DNA of 64,000 bases from Ylistrum balloti (taxonomy: Eukaryota): the NCBI RefSeq assembly GCF_031769215.1, contig NW_026782650.1, positions 62,001-126,000 of the forward strand, in the 5' to 3' direction. The notes under the pieces are model-generated. The model saw nothing but the letters and a program-made list of their open reading frames with translations. It did not search any database and was not told where the DNA came from. A program made the position numbers and the translations under genes. The first letter of the stretch is position 1. Every line of letters starts with the position of its first letter. Shown here one piece after another: positions 20,253 through 32,100 of the stretch.

Positions 20253-21048
20253 TGTTGAATATGTATTAATAAATCTAGATTTCAATCATGTAAATAATTT
20301 ACTATTTATAATTTTAATTTGTTATATCAGTGGCCCAGTAAATAGCAGTATTTTCCCCTATTTTTTTCCGCAGTCATTTTGCTAAGGAAACCTAAGGGTC
20401 GGGATGACCATCCTGTGCCATCTGCCTTACATAAATTGACATTCCCTTAAAAACTGATTGTCCAATTTTGATCTCATTGGCCACAAGCGTCCTTGGGGCA
20501 AGGCAGTTTCAAATGGCCAAAGTGTACCTTTTCAGTTTCAAAATTGTGAAATTTAGGGGCCTGGCTACACAATGAGTCTGGGTAGTAGCCTCCAAAGGGG
20601 TAAAATATTGAAAATTTGAACAATGTTTTCAACTACCAGAAATGTCATCCCTTTTCAAGTGATATTGACAAAACCATACAAATTACAGGAATTCAATATT
20701 TTCCTTAAAGTCCTTGGTTTACCTTCATGGGCAGTTGTCAGAGGGAAGATTACACATTTAGATGCTTCTTTTAAATAATTTATTGTAAACTAGTTAAAAT
20801 AATTAATGATACACTTCCTAAAAAAGTCTTAATGTTTTTGATGTTTTCATAATTGTTCCTGCTATCACAGTTACAATATGTATTTATGGTTAGTTAGATG
20901 ACTATCAAGACTAGGTTGGCAAGATTGGCATCTTGCTTAATAATCTGTTTTTCAAAAGATTGTTTAAAAACACTGTTGCAGAAAAAAAGTGCTGCTTTTT
21001 ACCCGTACTATAGTACATCTCATGGTAAATATTAAAGTGTTTTACGTA

Positions 21049-21947
21049 CTTTTAGGTCACCTAAGCCTCATGGTGACCTATTGCGATCACCTTTGTCCAG
21101 CGCCATGCATCCATAAACATTTTAACATCCCTGAACTGGTTTCAATGAAATTTTGCAAAAACCAATATAGTGAACACCAATATAGCTCCATAGGGACCTG
21201 AAGGATGGGGCCAAAAATTTATTCAAATTTTAATTTTAAATCTTCTCAACACCAAGATATGCAGAATCATATGCTCTTTATGACTACACCATTTAAAAGT
21301 GCTTTGTCAAAATTGTGAATTTCATGGACCCAGGGTCCATTTCTCTGTGGAGAGGATGTAAAGTTTACTGTAGTATATGGGGAAAATAGATTTTTGAGTA
21401 GAATTTTTTAAATTTCCATTGCAAATATTTCAAACTTGGTTAGAATAATGTATGAAGGATGATGGCTTGATGGTATGCCCTTGTTGATCCTGGCTGACCT
21501 CAAGGGGCTGTTGGACGGGTCAAAAGGGGTCAATTGACTCGGATTACAAAAATATTCTCTTAACACCCAGATATAATAGAATCAAAGTCCTTCATGGATG
21601 AAAGTGTCTTAAGGTGCTTTACCAAAATTGTGAATTCCCTGTGGGGTCTTCAGGTGCTTTAATTACGAAAATGGGTCTCACATTGTTTCCTGGGGAAAGA
21701 GGTTAATTTACTAAAATTTTTATAGAAAAATAGCATTTTTGAACATGTTTATTTCCAACTGGAAGTAACTTTGCAAGAATGATTAATATAGGATGACAGT
21801 TTTGATGGTATGCATATATTGCAACTGGTTAACCATCATCTATGTCACAATTTCCTTTTCATGGCAATTGAAAGCTACTTGCCCTTTAACCTTAATATTC
21901 AATATTGCATATCTCAGGTGACTGTCAAAGTTGCTAGGCCTCTTGTT
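21049..21947 (+). mobile_element. Helentron-associated interspersed element (HINE; CvA/Cg170-like)
   Basis: 5' T-run followed by the hairpin TAGGTCACC(21053-61)...GGTGACCTA(21072-80). The 3' end is CAGGTGAC...GGCCTCTTGTT (21915-21947). Internal repeated AAAATTGTGAA blocks. A related fragment lies at ~20389-20770. Confidence 0.65.
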
Positions 21948-22370
21948 GATACAAGAAATTCATTATATTCAAATGAAAGGAAAAGAGGTGTTAGCCATTG
22001 ATTAAAAGTGCAATGTCCTTTGTGACGACTTTTGTTGATGTTAGATTAAAGGTGCCATTACAGATGTTGGTTAAGTTTTTTGTAGGTGGCTGAATAGTGC
22101 AAGGCTATAAAATCATGTTATTTGGTAGCTCATTGTTCATGTGTCTGTTTTTATTTATGAAAAACATCTTTCTCATTATTGAAAGGAAGAGTTTTGTTGA
22201 CCTCAAAATAAATCAATAAATTAAATAAAATTAATTGAATAAAGCTTTGTTAATCTTTTGAATTCTTTGATTTATATGACAATGTATTATATAAAAGGAT
22301 TCCATGACAAAGAGCAATGGGTCATTCTTTTTGATGATTACCTTTTCCCTGTATTCCCACTTAGCCCACA

Positions 22371-23869
22371 TTCTATTTTACAGGTACAAAATGTGGGCTA
22401 GAAGGAACTGGTGTGTGTTTAAGAACAATGGATTTTAATTGCCCTAAAAGTATAGTCTCTTTCATAAAAATCAGTATAGTTTACATGATATATGTATATA
22501 AGGGTGAATTTATGATATTTTCTTATATATTGATATATTGTATTATATATATGCATTGCACAAATATTTCACCAAAATATGAATATTCTCAATTTAACAG
22601 CAGTTTTGAAATAAAAAGCACAGTAAAACAATATACAAAATGTTTATACTCATCCTTTTTATTTCAATATCAATATATATAAATTCATGATAAACAAAGT
22701 GTTTTTTACTCGTCTAATTTTAATTCAAATGTCATTCATTTTAAAAAAACAGCACTGAACATATACTAAAATTGAAATATACAACATTTTTAGTCATTTT
22801 ATTTAAAAAGTCATCACACATACAGCACTACAGAAATATTAATATACTATAATTTAAACATAACTGTACAATACAAACACTGTTTATTTCATTTTATTGT
22901 TGTATATGAAATACTAAAGCACATGAAAAAAGTAAACTTACAGAACTAAAATATCGCTACTATCAAATATCCATTGACAAACTTTTAAAACTATTTTTCA
23001 CATTTACTCCACATGAATAAGATGAGAGGCTGAATCTGCATACTGCACCACGTCCATCTGTCCGGCTCTGAATCTGTCCTTCAGTCGTTGTAACTGGGAA
23101 TCCAACTGCCGGTATTTCCTTCGCTCTGATCTTGGTTTTCCTCCTGCATTGATTTGAATAATCTTTGCTTTATTGGTTGCCTGCTCTTTCTGAAGCATCT
23201 GTACAAGAGCATACATGTTGGGATGGGGTTTTCTGCAGATCTTGTTAAGGCGGCTGTGTCATCCCTCCACATGGTTTGTTGTTCTTGCTCCGTCGTTGTC
23301 AAAATGGTTGAATTCTGTGCGATCAGTCTACACCCAGGTCTCTGTGACATAGTCAGTGAATCGGATGACTCCTGGTCGGTCGTCATTCAAGTTTTCTAGT
23401 GCTGCAAACCACACATCCTCAACTTGGTGCACGGGTACTAACCACACTGACGACACACCGCCATTAACACCTCTGGCCACGATGAGATTTCACAGAATTA
23501 CATTTGAATTAAAATTAGATGAGTAAAAAACTGTATGTTTATCATGAATTTATAAATTTTGATATTGAAATAAAAAGGATGAGTTTAAACATTTTGTATA
23601 TTGTTTTACTGTGCTTTTTATTTCAATATTGCTGTTAAAGTGAGAATATTTATATTTTTGTAAAAATATTTGTGCAATGCATATATATAATATAATATAT
23701 CAATATATCAATATATAAGAAAATGTCAGAAATTCACCCTTATATACATATATAATGTAAACTACTGATTTTTATGAAAGAGACTATACTTTTAGGGCAA
23801 TTAAAATCCATTGTTCTTAAACACACACCAGTTCCTTCTAGCCCACATTTTGTACCTGTAAATATAGAA
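22371..23869 (-). mobile_element. Internally deleted Mutator-like (MULE) DNA transposon with ~360-bp TIRs
   Basis: 22371-22732 is an imperfect reverse complement of 23500-23869. The interior encodes a MULE transposase C-terminal remnant. No TSD is recognisable. Confidence 0.8.
23004..23440 (-). pseudogene. MULE transposase C-terminal fragment
   Basis: LVPVHQVEDVWFAALENLNDDRPGVIRFTDYVTETWV*TDRTEFNHFDNDGARTTNHVEG*HSRLNKICRKPHPNMYALVQMLQKEQ... carries the RT(T)N..EGWH.+LN...HPN motif of MULE transposases. In-frame stops at 23330-23328 and 23261-23259. Confidence 0.8.
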
Positions 23870-24605
23870 GTAAACGGTCAGACATGATACGGCAACTGTT
23901 ACAAATATTGTATACACTATCAGGAAGAGAGCAGTCGGTCGTTGACTAGTCAAAACGCTGGTCACCTCAATTCCTCCTAAAAATGTGTTGCCGAGCCATA
24001 CCGAGCTCCTGATCCTCCTAGAAAGCTGCTCTGCGCTGAGCCCTGTGGCAATAGCGTCAGAGATACGTCTGCTAACCTCTGTCTCCAAGTCGCGGTGGTT
24101 ACCACAGTAAGCCAGCATTTGAATGCAGAACTCCTTGGCGAATTCTACACAATCGTCAAGAAGTGCGTTATACCGATGTGGAGCTGCTGTCCACACCTGC
24201 TGTCGAAAGCCTTGATGTTCACATCTGTGTAATGTCCTATGTAATACGATTTGGCGATTCTATGTTCAATGTTTTTGAACAAGTCCATCTTTTTCCTGAT
24301 TTTTTAAGTCCCAAGTTGTTCGTTTTCGAAACATAATTCTAACTCACTCACCATTAAAAGTGCCGGAATGTTAAACGGGTCTGTAGACAACATATCCGCG
24401 AAAAGCTCCCCATCGACCTTGTTCGCCAGTTCCTGTTAACACAAATGAAAACATCGTAGTTCGTCTTGTCGCCAGCTTGAAGAAGTTCTCTGATTTTGGA
24501 AGAGTCCTTGTCTCGATAGGCTTTCACAACGACTTGGTCGAAATCCAACACGTTGTTGACATGGTGTCTCATTGGATCATAGCTTCGCAATACCTTAGCG
24601 CTCAT
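23866..24605 (-). pseudogene. Inactivated duplicate of the nested 256-aa gene at 29751-30521
   Basis: Colinear and highly similar to 29760-30625 (homology 23866-~24725). Lesions: a 22-bp deletion at ~24427 (GCC microhomology) removing WHAFVLCA, a TAC>TAA nonsense at ~24305-24307, a net 1-bp frameshift at ~24190, and a 3' end replaced by the MULE TIR. Confidence 0.9.
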
Positions 24606-26119
24606 TATCACAAAATGCCAGCTCCCTATCTACAAGATGTCTGGTGAATGCTAAAATTGATACGTTTCCATTAGGAAGCAGGTAGGTTTTGTGTATATAT
24701 TTTACAGATCTAGAGCGATTAAGCCAAAAAAAGTTCTGTAGACAACATGTAACAAAACATCGACTAAAGATGGCCTCTAGGCCTGAAATCGAAAGCGAAC
24801 TGTGGTACTGATTTTAACTTTTAGAAATACATGCATATCCGCAGTTAAAGGTGTAATTATGTTTGTTGCTAGACTTACTACATGTATGTAGAGCGACTCG
24901 TGTGAAAAAAAAACAAACTCACAAAGGATCGTTCATTGAAGGACCAGAGAATCTTTTATGCTTAACTTACTTTAGACCAATGCACCTTACTTATCACACA
25001 AACATATGTCAGCTTTGCACAACGACGCACTTAACGCATGCACTGAATGAAGGAAAGTGAAATTCTTCAGACCATATGTACACCTCTTTCTAAATTTTTA
25101 ATGGGCTTTCTCATTTCTTAAATTGGAATATGCAGTGTACAATACACATGATTGTTGGTCATTTGTATATCGGTTGATTATTCTGATATTTTTTAAACGA
25201 CCGACGTTTACAGTTAGAACCCGAAAATAATATATACATAACAGAACAATTTGTAACATTGTATCATAATTATTAAGTAAAATCCTTTGAGAATAACTTA
25301 ATGTTTTATATGAAGAATTGGTTAATTGTTGCAATTGCTTGTGTCGATCTGCCATTATAAAACAGTGAGCTAGCGCAAATAACATTTAAGCAGAAAGGAA
25401 AGAAGTGACGTCAAATTGAAAGGAAAGACGATTCGAGGATCTGATGAAATTCGAGGAAATGAGTTAAATAGACACAAATGGAACAAAAAAAAAACGAAGG
25501 AGATTCGGAGACGAAAGGAAATCTTAAAAAAAACGAAAAAAAAACACCAAAGTATACGTGAGGATCACAGTGATATTCTGGTAATTTGTCGCATTTTGCA
25601 AGGAGACTAGTTGTATCTGGTGTACGTAAATACCTTCAGTAAGATTCTATTAAAATAAGTGATCGTCAGGCTGAAGCTATAGTTATCGTGATGTGTTACA
25701 GGTATATCATATTTATGTCAACAGTTCAGGGCCACATACCTCAGTTGATAGCACGGAGAGAAGACACCAGGTAGCGCGCAATAAAACCACAACGAGGTAA
25801 ATAACATATATTTTATATTCCTGTTTACCTAATGCGCTGTAAATAATGCAATGGCATATGAGTCAGCTCAGCCACAATATTTCAACGCACATATGTATGT
25901 TTAAACGGTGAATTTACAACAGTACTTCATGTTTTCCTGTCATAACATCCTGTTACCTTAAGTAGCCATTAAGATATTGCGTCCTCGTTGCAGCAGGTGA
26001 TAGGTCAAGTCAAAGAACGAAATACACTTCACTGGTGTGACTAATGATGATTTAAACTTTTTGTATTTTTATATTATAGTGTCTAGTCATCTTCACATTT
26101 TTCTGGTCTTGCAATAACT

Positions 26120-29100
26120 ATGGCGACTGATGTACCCCGAACAGTGGAGCTGGGAACACGTGTCGTAACGTTTCCTTCGGTAGAGCTCCAGCAACTGCAA
26201 GATTCCAATCATCTTCTGGGAAATACACAGGCATTACGGGACAAACTACACGAGCAAGGGTATATTTATATAGGATCAGCTACAACTATCAAATCAAGTC
26301 TTATTAGAATAGTTCATAGTAAAAGAAGTACACAACTGCATGCTATTTAATCGCGTGGATAGCAATAATTATAATATCGATTTTGAAATTTGGAGTTTAC
26401 TCTTTCGCCTCCTGAATTTTATCACTTAAACCAGGGCCTTTACATCAATGGCGAGTCATTGAAGGGCAGAACAACCCTATAATACGTGTTTATTCTTTAT
26501 TTGGCTACAGTGTATATAGTTCTAAATTGGTATAGAAAGATGCTATACTATATACACAAAACAGAGGAAGTGTGATTTATAGTATCATAATTGACATACA
26601 TGTGGCCATTATAACGTAATCGTTCTGAACATGGCGACTTCCACTTGACGGATTACACAGTTGACACCTCGTAATTTATTTCAGTTGATTTCTAGTTATA
26701 ATTGGTATAGGGTAATTCAAAGGATGTAAGTATAGGCATTGACCAGTGTTGTTTTTTTTATTTACGATCTTATTAATCAGAGATTTGCAGGAAAGTATAT
26801 ATAGCACTTAACAAGACCGCGTAATCCATACTGAACTGAAATACATAAACTATTAATGCTGTGATCAGACGGAAAATGTCAAAAAACTGTTTCGTAGTTC
26901 CTGTTGTAATAAAATGGAGCTGAATACATAAAGTAACGAACAGGTTAGCTTGTTGAATGTCGGTTTTTCCAGGTACCTCTTTCTTCGAGGATTTCACGAC
27001 AGAGAAGAGGTTCTACAAGCTCGAGAGGCAGTTATACGATATGTGGCTTCTGGGGGCAACGGAAAGATAATGGAACCCGCAACAAAAGGAGTGCTTGATT
27101 CCAGATGTGGTATTGGATGTATTCCCTTCATGGAGGTAGCGTCATGTGTCACACGTGTCGTTGTATTTATAAAACACAGGATATTCTGAATTAAAAAGAT
27201 GCTATTACATATAATAATACATTCACTCCACAAGACCTAGATATTCTTGTAGATTTGACAGGTTTTATAAATACTGTAGGATATATTTATCGTCTGTAAA
27301 TGCCATTGGGTATTGTTTACTAATGTGCCATTTTGTGTAGACATAATTATCAAACAGGTCACAATGTTATCCCTTTCCATCAGCTTTCATGCTCCTGTTA
27401 ATTTGAAATGATTCTGGATTTTAAAAAAAGCAGATTGTACATCGGTCTACATTTTGCAACACTAAAACTAATATTTACGTAGTCCACGACATAGGAAAAC
27501 CAAAAATGAAGCATTATGTATGGGTTTTCTTCTCGTTACAGTTGAGGTATTGGTTTAAGATTGCGGAACATTACAAAACCTCTCGTTTGATTCATATATA
27601 ATTCACTCTATCTTCATCTTGTCTTGCATGACGATAATTTAGCTGCAGTGTGTTATGGTCAAGATCCTGACATGGTGGTTCTTTTGTGATCTACATGAAT
27701 GTCGTTCTAGAGAGCTCTTGTGTTATTTCATTTCCATTGTAACTCAGCTAGTATGAATGTATGAAGGTATTTTATAACTTAAGGATCCCTTATTTTCAAG
27801 TTGGACATTTAAACTACATGTTGGTGTATATAAAACACACAATTCATTTGAATCTTTAATAATGGGATCAGCGACATCGAATAATGACCGTTAGCCTTAC
27901 AGCAGTTGGACAGGACATACCTATAGTGTGTTACAGACCAAACAGATTCTCAGGACGTTGCAATTGTAATCAATCACACGGAAGGCGAAATCAGAAAAAA
28001 ATAATAATGTGACCTACTCATAGTCTGTCACAATGTTAAAAGATTTTTAAGAAAGACAGAACTTCAGAAATAAGAGCACAAATAGCCACAGATGAAGAAG
28101 ATTTGTTTTAACCACACTTTTGCATTTACAGGGAAGAAATGACATCACACATACGGAAGAAGTAATACGGGTACTTGAAGGTCCAAGGCGTAAGTTAGTA
28201 TGTGTGGTTATAATATCAGAAAATCCATCTCTGTTATAAATTGTGTCCATACTGTACACCTTTAATATCAAATGTAGAAAAAGATGTTAAGGAAAGATAC
28301 CAATAACACAATAGAGGGTTAGAGGATAATACCACTAGGGCAATAGATGGCTAGGGGATGATACCACTAGGATAAAAGAGGATTAGAGGATGATACAACT
28401 AGGGCATTAGAGGGTTAGAGGATGATACAACTAGGGCAATAGAGGGCTAGAGGATGATACAACTAGGGCAATAGAGGGCTAGAGGATGATACCACTAGGG
28501 CAATAGAGGGTTAGAGGATGATACAACTAGGACGATAGAGGACAAGGGGATGATACAACTAGGGCAATGGAGGGTCAGGGGATGATACAACTAGGGCAAT
28601 GGAGGACAAGGGGATGATACAACTAGGGAAATAGAGGACAAGAGGATGATACAACTAGGGCAATAGAGGGTCAGGGGATGATACAACTAGGGCAATAGAG
28701 GGCAAGGGGGTGAAACAACTAGGACAATAGAGGCCAAGGGGATGATACCACTAGGGCAATAGAGTCTCCAGATGTTTCGGAAAGACGTGTATGTTGTATT
28801 ATAATACATGAATATTGGTATGGGTAATCAGTTTATCATCGATCAAAATAAAAAAAACGCAGAAATTTGTAAAGGATGAAGCCCATACAGTGATGCTAAA
28901 ATGTTATTACAGTGTTACAACATTCCATACGTATTTATTTTCTTCAGCCAAGAAATTCTTCAAAGAGCTGTTCGGTTCCGAAAGTATTACCTTTGACTAC
29001 AAATGGTTAAGGTAAGTCAGCGTCTCTAGACTGGATCTAATTTCGTTAAGATAACGGAACATAACCATGAACTGGAGGGTCAGTTGTTTGTTCAATGAAT

Positions 29101-32100
29101 ACAGGTAAACAAGACGATCAAACATAACTTATCTTGCAACTGACACTGACATTACCGGAATTAACGGAAGATCCTGACCGTATAAAAATTCTACTGCAAA
29201 GAATGATAATTTATAGAAAATTTGCTTAGGCAAAATGCAATGGGCAGGACCAGCGCTATAAGAATAGATAAGGCCATCAAGTTATGCAATTCATAAAGGG
29301 TGATAGCTTTTTTCGGAAATGTTGAATCAGGATGCCTGTGGGAAACACAATTTCTTAAAGTTATGAAAAATATTTTTTAAAAAAAACTGCAAATAGATGG
29401 ATAAAAAACGAGACTTAAAGTTTTATCAGTAAAATGCAACAGTTCCATACTTGAAATGAAGTTTTCAGAGAAAAAAATAGTTACAAATGTCATACCAAAC
29501 CATGTTCGCCTGCTTTCACTTGTTGTATAAACATACTGCAAACAACATTACAGAACATCAAGCGTACCTTTCCAGAATCTATGAGTCTTTGAAAACAAAA
29601 TGTTAGTTTTCCAATCTCTGATAAATTTTGTTGATAAAACATTATCATAAGCTGACACATTATGGCTATTATTGTGTCGTTGTGTGTTATTGATAACAGG
29701 CTACATTACATAGTTTGACAAAGTCAGGTTAACGGGAATACAGTCCCATATCATTTCAAGAAATAAACGGTCAGACATGATACGACAACTGCTACAAATA
29801 TTGTATACACGATCAGGAAGAGAGTAGTCGGCCGTTGACTAGTCAAAACGCTGGTCACCTCAATTCCTCCTAAAAATGTGTTGCCGAGCCATCCCGAGCT
29901 CCTGATCCTCCTAGAAAGCTGCTCTGCGCTGAGCCCTGTGGCAGTAGCCTCAGAGATACGTCTGTTAACCTCTGCCTCCAAGTCGCGGTGGTTACCACAG
30001 TAAGCCAACATTTGAATGCAGAACTCCTTGGCGAATTCTACACAATCGTCAAGCAGCGCTTTATACCGATGTGGAGCTGCTCTTAACGCTGCGAAGTCGA
30101 AAGCCTTGATGTTCACATCCGTGTAATGTCCTATGTAATACGATTTGGCGATTCTATGTTCAATGTTTTTGAACAAGTCCATCTTTTTCCTGATTTTGTA
30201 AGTCCCAAGTTGTTCGTTTTCGAAACATAATTCTAACTCACTCACCATTAAAAGTGCCGGAATGTCAAACGGGTCTGTAGACAACATATCCGCGAAAAGC
30301 TCCTCATCGACCTTGTTCGCCGCGCATAGAACGAATGCATGCCAGTTCCTGTTAACACAAATGAAAACATCGTAGTCCGTCTTGTCGCCAGCTTGAAGAA
30401 GTTCTCTGATTTTGGTAAAGTCCTTGTCTCGATAGGCTTTCACAATGGCTGGGTCGAAATCCGACACGTTGTTGACATAGTGTCTCATTGGATCATAGCT
30501 TCGCAATACCTTAGCACTCATTATCACAAATTGCCAGCTCCCTATCTACAGGATGTCTGCTGAGTGCACGTTTCCCATAGGTAGCATGTAGATTTTGTGT
30601 ATGTATTTTACAGAGTGATTAAGTCATGCATATATCTGTTAACTTGCTTTCCAGGTAATGGTGTACCGAAGCGGAATACACGCAATCAATCCAAAAATAC
30701 GCCTGTGAGAACAATGGCTTAAATATACCTACAGTAACACAACAGCTAACGTCAGCGAGGTGTCGTGTTGAATTTCTTTTATAAAACCCATACACATACA
30801 CAGTGCGCGATTGTACAGGCACTCGACGGTTCATTATATAATGATTCAGGCTTATTACATGTGTGTAATGGTTGTGTTTAATTTTTGTGCTGTGGTTGAA
30901 GAATGAAGAGCATGATATAATAAAATACAAACTAACATAGAGTCGTGTATTGAAGGACCTAACGTTTTTTGTTGATTGATGAGAATTCATAAAATCGCTG
31001 TTGTATCCGGTAAAGTTTGGAATTTATGCGTGGAACAATTATTTTGGCGTCCGTCATCAGGCAAAATTCGGCGTAACGTCAACGTAAAGTTGGCATAGAC
31101 CAAACAACAACACTGTTTAATTTTCACTACTCTGATTTACAGTCAATGTTGCGAGAAAATTGGAATACATAGCCAGTGTATTATAATACAGCCTATATTT
31201 TAAGACAATGACCATGCATTCTCTATACATCGATGCCCGTTTGATGACTAGAAGAGTTATACTGACAGATTAAAACAGTTAACGTTTGTATAAATAGAAT
31301 ATCTCTTTCAGAGGGATCCACCGTCGCGCGTTTACCGGAGCGCATGTGGATAACGTGTACATGGGTCGTGGCAGTCAGAATCTTGTGACGTTGTGGACAC
31401 CATTCGGTGACGTCAACGTGGAAATGGGCACGCTTTGCATGTGTGAGGGATCACACAAGCTCGAGGGGTGTGTAGTGTCTGATATGGTATATAAATACAT
31501 AAACTATAGGATTTTACATGAGTTTATATCTTATATGTGAATTTATGAAAAAAATCTAAAAATTTTCCACAAATGAGCCTTTGATGAGTTAAAATGAAAA
31601 AAAATCGTTACGAGTTCACAATCGTTAATCATATAACAATGAAATAAATTTAAGAACTTTAAATAACATGATTATTTAGGCAAATATTGTGGAAAATATT
31701 GGTTCGCCAAACTTCAAGTCATGTCCGCTCAACATATATGGTTTCCTGAGTTTTGTTACAGATTGACGTCACAATAAACTATATTACACGTGCAATACGC
31801 AAAAATATTACAAGAATATATGAGTTGAATAAGACAGTCATGTGATAAAAAAAAAACATGGCAAGCCACGGATAAAGCTGGGTTTTGAACGTTATTTCAT
31901 CTTCCAGTAGTTGAAGCAATAAATCAAGGTTAACTTTAGAACTCCTGTGTATACTAGACCTGCTGATGAAGCATATTGTACGAAATGGTACTACAAGTAT
32001 GTCAATCATATATAGATATACTGATCTGTTATACTTTCATTTGATTGCAGCTTCAAGCGATTTCAGGAAACATACGGTAGCTTAGATGTCGAAGCCGCCA

